A stretch of DNA of 63,475 nucleotides, counting the filler, from Porpidia crustulata (lineage: Eukaryota): the NCBI GenBank assembly GCA_964255105.1. It is 5 parts of 5 records of this genome, joined end to end, with 100 filler letters (N's around TTAATTAATTAA, not from the genome) between each part and the next. Parts side by side here need not be neighbours in the genome. Positions count along the whole stretch, not along the records: positions 12,737 to 25,363 come from CAXUWE010000504.1; positions 25,464 to 38,075 come from CAXUWE010000505.1; 3 more parts are not named here. One strand, 5' to 3'. Below the pieces are notes generated by a model. That model did no database searches. It saw only the letters and a program-made list of their open reading frames with translations, and had not been told where the DNA came from. Numbering within the stretch: position 1 is the stretch's first letter; each line of letters begins with the position of its first letter. Shown piece by piece: positions 24,025-36,991 of this stretch. The translations under genes were made by a program, and so were the position numbers.

Positions 24025-24803
24025 ATGCCCGCCGGATTATCCTCGGATGATATCTGCGCATCCGTCGATGTACTCACAGCGAAATCTCAATCGTGTCAAG
24101 GGCCAGCCAACCAGATCAACGTTGTAAATATCGCTCTTGCTGTCGCGGGCTTGGGACCTATCCCGGTAGGCATGAACTCATGATGCTCTTTTCAAAAGCG
24201 TCGGCTCATTGGGACCAACGCCTAGATGGTCATTGCTCGCTTGAGCGACATCATCACAGCAGGGTCGACTACCGCGATGCAGCTTCAAGGGACTCCGCCA
24301 CTCACTGTCAAGTCGGACGAAGAAAGTGTTCTCAAATCTTTTACCACTGTACGCTGTATTCTCTGCCGCTGCCCTGATGTGGCTTAGCTCTCCAACTAGT
24401 TTGTTCAAGTTCACCAAGCGCTTCTGAACATCTTCATTGCTAAGTCTGGCCTTGTGCCCGAACTTATCCCTATCGTTGGCCCGCCCTTGGCGTCAGCCCT
24501 CAGGCAACTCGAGTCTATAGTCGACGTACGTTGTTTTTCTTAGTCCTCTGTACCCCCGAACTTCATCACGCAAGCCGTCTTCCGGGTTTGCTCTCCGCCG
24601 CCGCTATCATTGTCCTGGCCTACCACCACAATATCAATGAACGCTAGACCTTCACTGACCACTGCGACACCGTACAGACTATTTCGTTTGAACTCCTCGA
24701 CCTTATTCCCGACAACGCAGCCGAAGCAATGCAGCAGAAGAACTCTCTAGATGCAACCCTAGCGGAGGCGATTAATGGCTGGAGTGGTGGAATCACCTTG
24801 TAA
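24025..24803 (+). CDS. UVI-1-like small helical protein, 171 aa, four exons (24025-24165, 24226-24348, 24400-24525, 24678-24803)
   Basis: GT-AG phase-0 introns give an open frame MPAGLSSDDICASVDVLTAKSQ...GLGPIP|MVIARLSDII...|FVQVHQALLNIFIAKSGL...GPPLASALRQLESIVD|TISFELLD..., matching the UVI-1 family pattern. Missed by the ORF track. Confidence 0.8.
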
Positions 24804-25172
24804 GCGATCGAACTTACACACGGTAGTCAAGGGACCTGGGTTTTTCATATGGTTGTGACCCAAGCATGTGTATTCTTCATAAAGATGAAGATTCGTTGTC
24901 GTGGGAAGAGATCTTGTGGATAGACAGGAGCCACCTCTATTGACATTTGCAAGCTCGTTGTACTAAAATCCATTTCAATTCTCGGTGCCTAAGTGAAGAT
25001 GAACAAAACACATTGATGTACATGTCCTGTTTGCAGATACGTGTAGATGATCGTCAACTTCAAAGTCGATGCCGCTGGTTCATATGCAGCTTTGAACAAG
25101 GTCAACCAGTGATACGGCTAATTGTAAGATATCGATTTAATATTTAGAGTGTCTGTTTTGTATCGGGCAGAC

Positions 25173-25294
25173 ACGCGACTCACGTGACGTTAGACGCGTA
25201 CCGCGTTCGCTTTTCCATGTTCACCTTGATCAATTCTAGATCACAATCATCGAAGATTCAGATCGCGATGCCTCTGATACGCAAGCGTCGCGCA
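25173..25294 (+). promoter_or_regulatory. MCB/E-box-rich promoter and first micro-exon (MPLIRKRRA) of a gene cut off by the contig end
   Basis: CACGTG at 25181, ACGCGT at 25194, ATG at 25268, and a GTATGT donor at 25295. Confidence 0.4.
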
Positions 25295-25363
25295 GTATGT
25301 GAAATCCCCAATATTCTGTGTTTTTGCTGAAGCATCCCACCCCTAGCAAGTCGAACCCTCCCC

Positions 25364-25463
25364 NNNNNNNNNNNNNNNNNNNNNNNNNNNNNNNNNNNNN
25401 NNNNNNNTTAATTAATTAANNNNNNNNNNNNNNNNNNNNNNNNNNNNNNNNNNNNNNNNNNNN
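25364..25463. other. Artificial contig spacer
   Basis: N run with TTAATTAATTAA. Confidence 0.98.
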
Positions 25464-26630
25464 CACCACGACCTTGTCCAGGACCACGAGATGCCATTTG
25501 GATTTACTGACACTTGGTTGCAGTCGTGCAGGCTGAGAGCCCAGGGTAATAGCTAGGTTACGCAATTAGTGAATGTCCTCTAGCTCGCTAGAGTATTAGA
25601 TGAGGAGCTGGACGTATGTTGTGCTACACAGACGTAGCAGTATCAGTTGAACGAAATGACATCTGAAGAAAACGATTTGCTGCACAAACCTTACCAATTT
25701 GCTTAGCACCAACAAAATAACCACACCTTTGTAACGGGACCACAGCCAAGCACGTTATTTGACTGGAAAGGTGTAATTGATGAAGAGACAGGCTGGATAT
25801 CACACGCACTAGACCTTACTAAGAATATCAATCAGATATCGTACTCAGCAGCAGATTATACAGCAAGAATTGGTTGTTTGAAATCGAGTGTGAGGTGGTG
25901 ATGAAATTGCGGAGACTGAGGAGAGTAAAGCAAGGTCGTTCAATTTGGTGATCATTGAGGAAGGAGGCTGGGAGTGTGTCTGTGTTAAATTCGAACGCTA
26001 CTGCTGCAAACACACATAGAGGTGTTTGTTCCTATTACACGTGTCGCACAGAAGATTCGCTGTGTGCAAACAGCAACTTGCCGAAGAGAGGAAGAGAGCT
26101 TCACTCAAAGTAAGCAGTAAGTACCCGTCCCCGTTTTCGAGGAGACAAGATACTTCCAAGCATGAAGCGGTGAGCCTAGCCTGAAAAGGCTAGTGTAGTG
26201 CGTACTGCAGCAGAATTCCAACGACTCTCAACCACTGCGGCTTCTGTTTGTAGTAGAAAAGTTCAATGCTACTTGACCTTGGATAGGTAGGTAAACAGAG
26301 AGTATCTGTATTAAAATTGGCGCATATCCTCATTTCCGATAGTATCCACTTACTCTAGAAGTACGTCTTCCTACGAGCCATGGCCCGTCCAGCACTTGCG
26401 ACAAGGAGGTTTTGCCGCATTAACGTTCCAAACAAAAGATTCTCCGCTGTGGTCTTAGGGCAGTCATCTCTGAAGTATTGGACGCGTTGACAAATGATTA
26501 TTTCAGGAGACTGGCTCATCATTAGCATACTGATATAATTGCCTCACTCCGTTCAAATGTCTAACAACAACACATTCTTTGTATCTTAACCGGCCTTGAT
26601 ACTTGATGGTCACCTGAACATAGTGGGAGG

Positions 26631-28399
26631 ATGGTTTCTTCACATATCATAATCTCGCATGTGTTGTCCAATGCTATTTGGTTGGTCTTCATCAAACATG
26701 CTGTGCTGGGACATTGTGAGAACTTCGATCCTCAGCGCGCCAACCCCCGATGCAATATTACCTGCCTTGGTAACCCAAGCACCCGATTTCCAGTTCCTTT
26801 TATTCCTGCGAGTCCAGATTTCAACCCGAATACCATGACAATGCAGAAGCTTTGTGGTAAGTTGAATTCACAACAATTTCTTCATGGATTCCGTATTACT
26901 CGATTTATCCTTGGGATTATGCAAGGCAAATTTACCCGCTGTATCTCGTCATGGAATGAACGCTGAACCCAGGCATATCCAACAGCCAAACCGCAATTCC
27001 TTGGCGGTCAACCTGGACAACATGTGGGCGGTTTCAGTGATGGCGCATTCGAACCACCTAGACTTAGGTTTGATCTGCTGAACCCTCAGGCAATGTCCAA
27101 TTTCCAGCTTGCGCATCAACGCTTCTTGCAATAGTGTTTTTACCGCTGTTTTTGTAACTTTGAGGTGGCCGATAGGACGATGAAACCAAGAAACCGGGAA
27201 CAGAGAGGCACAGATCTCAGAGGCCCACCATACCTCAACCAACATTATGGCGAGCCCCTTAAGGCATCTCGGCAAACGGCTGAGATTACGCTGGACGAAG
27301 TCCCATCCTTTACCAACACTGAGCTTGCAGATTATTCTTTGCCGGTAGGGCAGCAAGGTACCACTTTAGTACCTAATACAAAGATATATTTAGTATCTCA
27401 GATCATGATGGGTCCGTATCATCAGATCATGCATTTAAGTCTCAATGCAGTGAATCGAGTCGTTTGCAAGGGACAGTTACCGAACTTTCCCTTGGCTGGG
27501 CCTTACAACATACCGGACTTCCGTAATAACCAAGACTTGTGCGCGGTTGAACCGTCCGGTGGTGCACGGTGAGTAGAAACACCATCACCGTCCCTTGTCA
27601 ATCTCGCTTATATCAATCTAGCTTTGCTAACGCAGGAGCTTATTGTCACCGAAGCTCCTAAAATCCCGGTAGTCCCAACCAACAGCGTTCGGTTTGGTTT
27701 TCCGACGCAATGACCCCTCGACATGAGTGGCTGTGGGACACCAACTTCCGCGCGTCAGCTGCCATCCGATTTCACTGCTGGAGGAACTGCGCATGTGAGG
27801 AGCCAGACAAAACATCAGGGCGAAAGGACTTGACTAAAAACGTTTGGCACATCGTCGATAACTTGGCGAGTTATGGACTCTTTGAAACCAAAGAATACGG
27901 CGTCAAAATAGGATCCGTCACAGGAGGCAAGCGTTTACGGTCTGGGAGGGAGATCCTTCCTCCACAAAAACGCGATGGACCCTCATCAGCCGGAACTTGC
28001 GGAGATGATGGTAGGCAGTTCTGCATCGAACCGTGGCCCACAGATCTTCTCGGACCGATTGCCACAGCGCCGCCCAACCCTGCCGGCTTAGACGGGGTGT
28101 TGATCGAAGATCCTGATGCCGATGTGGGCCGCTGTGGAAATCATTGTACCGGTCAGCAAGATTGCTTTGTAGATGATGGAGTCCCTGGCTGTGACTGTAA
28201 CGTGCTGGACAAAGAAGGGATAGCACTGTACGGCGTTGATCCCGTGTTTCCGCCTGATATCTGCCTTGGCGTGGCTAGCGGGAGCATGATGGGCACACTT
28301 GGTGGTAGGTCTTTCGAAGAAAATGGGTCCGCCATAAGTCGCTGCAACTCAACTTACGTGTCGTCAAAATGCTGTGGCTCGGAGGATGGGTTCATATAA
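26631..28399 (+). pseudogene. Secreted cysteine-rich protein, multi-exon, probably disrupted
   Basis: Hydrophobic N-terminus. Motifs TMQKLC|AKPQFLGG, Q*CFYRCFC (in-frame stop), FHCWRNCAC, CGNHCTGQQDC, RCNSTYVSSKCCGSEDG. Confidence 0.55.
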
Positions 28400-29672
28400 T
28401 TCTCGTTCGCTGAAATCGAATGACAACGAACCGCTAGTAATAAGACTCTAATTTTATCAAGATATCTTCAATTATATCATTATAAGCATGGAGCTAGGGC
28501 TCGAAGCTCTGCGTCTTGCAGCTAGCATCCTACACAAACTCCTAATAAAAAGTGCCCTTTCGGGGATACGATCTTTGCACGTGCTATATTCTATCTGCTT
28601 GGACCATCAATATCAATTCGTTATTCAATATCTCGACAACGTCAGCTTGTGTAACACTAAGAAACGGTTTATTGCAAGGAACGATGTAGTGCACGAACGT
28701 ACATCATGATGATTGGAGAAGGGAGGTTGGTTTTGGGTTTCAACATTTGTTCTCACCTTAAACCCCTGCTCTCTAAACTGTATTTATAGAATCTAAGAAG
28801 TCTACCGAAGTGGAAAAGTGTTTGAGTGTGGGCCGGAAGCGAGCCGTTGTACCGCGTCAGCCATTTGCATTTTCAACGTCTGGACGTGATATGCAAGGAG
28901 GGGATTTTGCCGCAACGATGTCATCGGCGTCGCTGGGGGCCGTTACCAAATTCTGTTCGTGAGGCTTTGTGAAACCCATCATTATGGTAATGGCGATGCA
29001 TTGGTTCTGATAGGACATTGAAATCCGATGAACATAGCTACGTCTCTGACACCTCTATGCGATTTTGATTGATACTCAACAATCAAAGACTGCTGCCCCC
29101 GTCATCTGTCCAATGAGGCTAGACTCATGATGCATACTGTATCGATAGATCCCAGTAAGCATGCATGGCAGCATTACATGCATGGCAGCACGAAATAAAA
29201 TTCTATACAGACTGCTGTTCAGACAGTGCGAAGATGTGGCAAAACGTATGTATAATTCTGAATACGGATGTAAGTAAGGACCACAAGGACAGATCTCTTC
29301 CGCAATCTTGAGTTAGAAGGAAGGAACGTGCAGCATAAATGGTACACGTTAGCGACCGTAACAGAGGATGGATACCTTGTCTGATTTACGGCATATTGGA
29401 ATTAGGGGAGTGGGAATCTCCGTCACACTGGGCTTAAGACGCTAGCAAAGTTTTCAGACCTTATCTTCCTTTTTACCCCCACGACAACATCCTTTTGGCA
29501 ACGACAACGTCAATGCCAATTCCATACCTGATACCTGCCAGCGAAGGTCCACGTGTATGCTAGACAAGCATGTGTACTGTTCCACACAGCAAGGTATGAA
29601 GTAACAAACCTGCAGATCGTCCCTCACCCAGTAGAGCCTACTTGAATAATATGAAATCGGTGGGACCTCCGG

Positions 29673-31082
29673 TCATCGAGGAAACTCTTCCAGCTCCACC
29701 GTGTAGCCAGTGGTGTGCTGAATCATGTTCTTATCCGAATCGCCACTGGTTGGCCTTGATTCTGTAGGTTCGCCAGTCGCAGTGGCTGTTGGAGGATGCT
29801 AGTTTTGGTCATACGACCGATTTGGCCTGCTGGCCGATATTTTGCCCGTACTCGATCGCTCTTTGGACTTCACCACCGATCCTATGTTGTATTCCATCCT
29901 CATATGGCTGTTTATGATTCTGTTGTATCATAACCCTGTGCGGACATCACTTGTGGACCATCCTGTTTGAAGGTTGTCCAACAAAGGTTTTAGAAACGGA
30001 ACGCAAGACAGTATTATGCTCAAATTCATTCCAACCTGGGTCACTACAGCGACCTTGAAATCGTTATACGTACGATCCGAGGACGTAGAAGAATTCGTGA
30101 TATAAACAAGGCGAAGAAGAATTAGTGGCAAGTATCTGATGTATGTTAGTTAACGTTTCTCGTGAATAATCTCCTGTTTTTGCAAGAACTACTTACAGAA
30201 CTCGGGCGGCAAAAGCAATAATACTTGCACTCTTCCTAGTCCATGATGTCTGCACTTTCCATAACACAGAAATCGGGATTGCGATGAGTGTCCCGTCAAT
30301 CACGAACTCCATGGCTCCAATGCCATCCCAGAACGCGCGCTTCACTATTTCAGACAAAAGTTCGTTGAGATTCGAACGAGGAGACGCACCTGATTAAAGC
30401 ATTGACTAGATAGAACTGTCCAAGTCCTAGAGACATGGCACTGAAGAGCAATTCCAAGTATGGCGACTCTATTACCACATTTCAGTCGACAACATCGAGG
30501 GAACAATGGGATCCAGATCTTTTATAAGAACCAGGATGCGACCAAGCCCGTTATCCCATAGACTATCCGGCGATCTTTAAACAATTCGAGGGTCAGGATA
30601 AAGCAAAGTATGGCGATCTTTGCTATGCATATAGCTGTAAAGTAAAGAAACTGTGTAGCATATGCGGTCTTCCCACTCATTAGATCGAATTTTGGTTCAA
30701 TATAGAACATGGAATAAAGAAGTAGCGTACCTTCTGGTAGTGTACGATCTGGGACGAAGTCAAGTCCGACTCGTATTGTCCCAATCCTGCTGAGACTTGC
30801 ACAGATACGACGATACTTTGAGCGACTGCTACGATCTAGTGTTCAGGAAATCAGCCAAGAAGAAAACAAGGACAGTGCTCTTCTTTTCTTACCATAGCTG
30901 CAGTAATCATCCAGTTGAAGACTTTGGGCCTCTATGGTCTTGTGATTTCTTATGAGCTTACTGGAAACCTTCAGGATTACCACTAGGCACATGATAACGA
31001 GACAGATACAACTCGAAAGATTAACACCAGGCCCGAGATGGCCGGCTCTTATGATGGTGCCTGATTCTACTGGAGAAGACAT
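29673..31082 (-). pseudogene. PTH11-like (rhodopsin-domain) integral membrane protein, multi-exon, probably disrupted
   Basis: LQLDDY, YATQFLYFTAICIAKIAILCFI, LLRLVYI, TQVGMNLSIILSCVPFLKPLL. An in-frame stop follows near 29930. Confidence 0.7.
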
Positions 31083-31888
31083 TGCTATCAGCGTCGGCCG
31101 ACCGACTGGATGCGCAGGAAAGGAATCACATAGAAGTTCCAAAAAGAGATGAAAAATTGAATCAAGTCGTGACCGTACCATTGGAGCAAGCGTGATGGAG
31201 TGCTTTCAGAAGAAGCACAGACAGAGGCACACACAAGCTTTAACTTGCAGGCTGCGCCGCCGAAAATATACAGAGACAAGGATCTGGAAGGTGTCTTGAT
31301 CCTGACCCTGACCCACTTATTGACATGTGAGAGTCTTGTATTACCGAAGTCATGCAAAGACAGCGCCGTCTCTAGCGTAATAATCAAACAAGCGTTCATG
31401 AAATTGGTTGGTAGCAGTGTATGCAGCGCCGTGCATCCGCGTACGTGCTACTTAGCATTCCGCAGTCGATGAATGCAATTGAACGTAACGGATGCTTAAT
31501 GCAGGAGCCAAAGTGCGCGGTATGTACCACGGTAAGTGATCTCTTTCAGCCATAAACACTGATATTGGCACATCCCTGTGTTGCTAATCCCGATACGACC
31601 TGTATGAGTGCGGCCACTGACTTACCTGTCATCTGGTCGAGGCTACGATCACTTAGAGCAGTCGGTAATAACTCTCCAGTTTGTATTCTCAAGGCGCCTG
31701 CGCAGAAGAAAAGTATTGCAAGGCTTCAAGCACTATCAATACGGTAAATCCGCTCATGGAATTAGTTTTGAGGTCTTGAAAGCTCGTCAGGAAGAGGACG
31801 AGAAGCATCTTCTAGCGTGGCTCTCATGTTGCTTTTTGAATATTATTCCTGAGATATATCACGTTTTTCATTCTTCTTCCTCATACCC

Positions 31889-33968
31889 ATGGCTGAAGAA
31901 GGTTTTCTGATGAAGCGTGTGGCTCCACAATCATGGGAAACCGACCCACTTTCAATGGAAGGCTCGATCAGGTACCACGACGAACAAAGGCTTGCACATT
32001 TTGGAAAAAAACAGCAGTTCAGAGTTAGCAAATCTCCCGAGACGCACACAGCATCACTTTTTGCACCATCGCTGATCTCATCGGCGTAGCAAAACTTCAG
32101 TCTATTGTCAATTCTTGGACTCAGCTGCACGCTCAGTATGTACAGCAAGAACCTACAACTCTCTGGCTAATCTTCTCCCGTAGTGATGACATGGGTTGGA
32201 TCATTAGCGTTCGTAGACCTACTGCAGATTTTGTACCTCGACAAAACCATCCTCTAATGACATATGTCTGTAGTCTGCTTCAGCCTCTCGTGACAAACGG
32301 CGGACCCACAGGTGCTGTAGCCGCATTTCTGTTCGTAATCGCTGGTGTGCTTACACAGGTACTGGTCATGGCTGAGTTGGCATCGATGTTAGTGTTTTTA
32401 ATGTCTAGAAGGAACAAGAAACTAATTTTATCAGGATTCCTCTATCTGATGGCCAATATAACTGGTATAACCCCCAAACCTTACGAGCTCTAATACTGTA
32501 TTTACTCGGCAGACTTATCAGCGTCGAGTCAGGGTCGCCATCATTGCTCCACCTTCATGCTCGAAGTTCCTCTCGTATATGACTGACTGGGTGACGATGA
32601 TCGCCTGGCAGACCTCAGTGGCGTGCATGACATCCTTCAATGCAACAATCATACAAGCTCTAGTGGTTCTGAATTACCCAGATTATGACGTTCAGCGCTG
32701 GCATGGCACCCTGATCTTTTACACCATTATCGCCGTCGCCCTTTTCGTAACCACATATCTTGGACGTGCATTTCCCAAGTTCGAGGCAATAATCTTGACT
32801 CTACATGTTGCTGGCTTCTTTGCCATTTCAATCACAGTGACATATTTGGCTTCCAAGTCAGACAAATCTGAGGTATTTCAAGCTTTCATAAACGGGGGTG
32901 GATTCAGTACGGACGGTCAGTCATTTTTAGTAGGATCAGTGTCTGTCATATTTGCATTCAACGGTGAAAATCTTCCTAATAGACCCCAGATTGATGCTGC
33001 TAACCAGCTACAGGTATTGATGCTGCAATACATATGGGTATATTTCAGTTGTCGACACAAGTCATTAAGTAGAGTCCACTAATCTTCTGGTCATAGCCGA
33101 AGAAATAAAAGATGCGGCTGTAATCATTCCTCGATCTATGATCACCGCGATGTTTCTTAACGGCAGTTTAGGTTTTTTGGAATGCTGATTGTCGTTCTCT
33201 TCTGTATGGGTCCCGTTGAGGATGTGTTGAGCTCGATGTTCTTTTTCCCCTTCATACTTATCTTTCAAAAGGCCACAACACTCTACAGTGGCTGCCACAG
33301 GAATGGTAAGTTCCTGTGTCCTTTCAGTATACTTAAACTTACTCGACAAAGACAATCATTATCCTCATAGTCACCATCTCTGGATCGATCGGTATGCTTG
33401 CAACTGCGTCCCGTATGCTATGGGCTTTTGCTCGGGAAGACGGTGTCCCAGGATCAAGATTCATTTCGAGGGTAAAAATCCCGGTTCCAGAATCCTTTTA
33501 CCACGCTAAGATGAGTGATACTAGGTCGAGCGTCAATCAGCTCTTCCCTTATGGGCAATCGGCAGTTTAGCCCTCATCAGTCTTCTTCTCGCTTTGGTCA
33601 ACATCGGTTCGACCGCCGCTTTCGGCGCATTTACCGGTCTTACAGTCGCAGGTTTTTATTCCTCTTCCATCATCTCTGCCTCTGTCATGCTCTACAAGCG
33701 CCTGACCACCAAATCCTCCGATTTTCTTTGGGGACCGTTCCACCTCGGTCGAGCCGGAGTCCCTTTAAGCATAAATGCTCTGGCATATAGCGTCGTAGGA
33801 TGGATTTTCTCCTTCTGGCCACCCACTGCGGTCCTGACCGTGGCTACCTTCAATTGGTCTATAGTGGTATACTTCGGTATCATTGTGTTGGCGGTGGTCT
33901 GGTGGGCCGTTTCCGCAAGATATACTTACACGGGACCGAAAATTGAGTCGCTTGAGAGAACGGACTAG
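31889..33968 (+). pseudogene. APC-family amino acid/GABA/choline permease, multi-exon, frameshifted
   Basis: NFSLLSILGL, NGGPTG, MAELASM, WVTMIAWQ, WHGTL, AEEIKDA, SRMLWAFARE, IGSTAAF, WGPFHLG, FNWSIV. Frame breaks near 33178 and 33285. Confidence 0.8.
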
Positions 33969-34476
33969 CTGAGAGGTAAAGTCGAGGTGTAGTAATAAAT
34001 CGTGGACACCTATCTTCGGTAGATGGAACACAGGCCAATGACGTCTACAGGTTGATATGGTCAGATTTAGAACTTAGTGCATCTAGAAAACACTTGTCAG
34101 GCTTAGTGTTAGAATCAGACTAGTAACTAAGTATTTTATAGTTATAAATACATCGAATAACGAATATAATATACTGTTCATTTTATTTATAAAATTTAAC
34201 GAGGGGACGGCGAAAAGAGGGTCGGTTTCGATAGATATCGGCAGTTTTGCCAGCCATCCACACGCAGTAGTGAACTGGGGTACGTGCTCGGGTACGCCGC
34301 TCTGTGACCCTTCCTGCATGCTTCTTCGGCAAGCATCATAAATTTATATCGTCGTGGTCCTCGATATCCAAAAATGGCCTCTCAATTGTGTATAGCGCTC
34401 GATTCTTTGCCCAAGTCTTTGCAACCCCGTAAATGTTCTAGTCGTTTAGCTCTTGTACTTGGATCCGTCCGCAATC

Positions 34477-36689
34477 ATGACAAAGACCAATCCCACAATG
34501 GAGCGCCCAGCAGAATACTACAAGCAGTGGGAACGCGACATGGACGCCTTGACTCTCACTCAAAGTGTCTACAAGCCGAGCACGGAAAAGCTGATACTTT
34601 TACTAAAGGATCGGTGGTGTCGGTGAGAAGTCATTACTGAGTGACACATATATATACTGACACTCATCAGGTATTGTAAGCTCACAGATAAGGACGCTAT
34701 AAAAGCTCTTAAGGCAATATCCATCAAAATTCTCATCCCCTTCTTCGACTGACTACTTACCGTCAAAGATTTTGGCACGGCCAGTATTCTACAAACCTAC
34801 TAGAATGTGTTCAATCAGGTGCGAAGACAAAAGACTGAATGCCTAGGTCTTAAGGCTCTCACCAAGTCACAGTTTTGACCGATGTGTATGCTCACACTCA
34901 ATCCATAGATATATAGTTGATCCACTATAGTGGAGATAACATCTAGCTATCAACTATAGCTGAGACTCCGAGAAGAAAAAGAAGCCTATCATGCGCGTTG
35001 AAGACGAGTTCGAACTCTTAAAGACACTACACACTTCTGATGAGATGATATTCAGTCATGAGCGACACCGTGTAGAGCTTGCATTGCTTATGCAGCTTGG
35101 AGGTATCACGGGCAATCGGCCCCCGGCGCTTCTAGCTGTTCACTACGGACACGTCAAGGTCACTTTAATTGAGGATCCGAATGGAGGAAAGTGGCCTCGG
35201 GTGTTGATCGAGATAGCATACAAGTGTACAAAGAGTTTCTTGGGCCCCAAAGACACGCACCAGCCTCATCACCCCTTTCACCCGACATTCGAGACTAACG
35301 TGTATCGTAGGAATGAATTTGGGATTGCCGATATTCCCAATGAAACATGCCCGCTCCTCTGTCCTCAGACTACTTTATTCGCTTTGATATTTTCGACTGT
35401 GCGTTTGACGCTCCCTCGATCACTTTACCAGAGCAGCTGTTTCGTCTAAGAATACCTCAAGGACAGAAACAACTGTCCATACCAATGAAAGAAGCATGGC
35501 CAATAATCCACTATTTCGCCGCTCAGAGAAGACGGTGAATGGAATTGAGATTTTTAATAGCCAGCCTTTTTCAGATAGCAGCCCCCACGATAGGCTGGTT
35601 ACTCTAGGCAAAGTCTCAGGCTTCCAATATGTGACCGGCCCATATAATTTTCGACGTAGGAATGGCGAACCCCTGAATAGTAGTAGTAAGTCATGAACTC
35701 ACCTTCAATCTCGAGCGTCCTTTGATTAGGATAGGCTTTATTAGTGAAGCACAACGCAATCTAAACTTACAACACTCGAAATCGGCAACCTTCGTGAAAA
35801 GCTACCTTTCGAGTATATCACAGTCGACACTCAAGCGGCTTACCGTGGCTTGGAACCACAAACCGCACCAATGCGGGCGGCTAGCGGCATAAGTCGTATC
35901 ATCGATCGCCGTAGGCCTCACAAGCTCACCAGGGCTCGCAGAGCTGAGATTGGCCGTCATCCAGAAGTAAAATGGTCCCACAGACGACTCCAAAAGATCT
36001 CAAACTATATCAAAGAGACACATGACGCTATCAGAAGCGTAGCTGAAACTTCGATGCACGACGAGTACCAGAGGGTTTCCAAGAATCATCTCAACTTGAA
36101 GCGGCGCCTTGAAAAGGCTTTTCTGAAGGATGTCATAGCTAGATACGAGGTAGAGTAGTCAGTCGCTGATATTGAGCAGCAACTGGGAGGCATACCCCAA
36201 AATGAGCTGAAGTTAATGAAATGGGATGACTTCTTATTCCTTGAGCGTACTCAAGTCATCGAGGCCCTATTTACTTTTGTGACTTCGTCTCCACAGGAAG
36301 AGTCTCAGCGACGCTCGAATGCCATCAAAACATTGATATCACTTTACAGCTTATCAGACGCTCACAAGTTTTATCGTGGAAAGCCGAGCAAGACTCGCAT
36401 TCCTGATCAGGATAAGACACCAGGATCAAAAACAGAAGCCACGAGAATCTCAGAGTCCCTCCTAATTGAATGTCAACTGACTCAGTGTGTCTTCTGCCTA
36501 GGCAGAGAAGATTACCCTTCCGAAAGTCGTCAACATGCTTTCCATAGCCGTTGCGATCTTAAGCGGCACTTTCATCGTTATCACCTCCAACACTACGAGG
36601 AGGGCGAATCAATACTGTGCCCTCATCCTCGGTGCCGAGTCTATCTGACGACCAGTATGCAGATACGAAACTACGCTGAATCGGTGTAG
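34477..36689 (+). mobile_element. DUF3435 tyrosine recombinase (Starship captain-like) with C-terminal zinc finger, RIP-inactivated
   Basis: HERHRVELALLMQLGGITGNRPPALL, CPLLCPQ, PYNFRRRNG, SEAQRNLNLQHS, DTQAAYRG, DRRRPHKLT, and CVFCLG...DLKRHFHRYHL...CPHPRC. TGG has become TGA/TAG in exon 2 and there are several frameshifts. Confidence 0.85.
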
Positions 36690-36991
36690 AAGACACCCGA
36701 TTGACGCAGGCGTCAGGTCAGGCATACCGCCGGTCGAATCCCACTTTTGACCAGGCTGTCTAATTGATTCGCTCCACAATCGGCTATGCCTCACATCACC
36801 TGATGCCATGGGACTAGCGCCACCGATGGCTATAAAGAGAGGATCCCCTCGGGAAGCGTTGACCCCAGTACCACGGGAAAAATGCCTATCATGTCTAGCG
36901 GCAGCACAACCAACATGGAACTGTCTCTTCAAAGGCAACATTTGCCGCCGAGACAAGAAATCAAAGAACTCTTGTCGCTTGTACCTAACTA

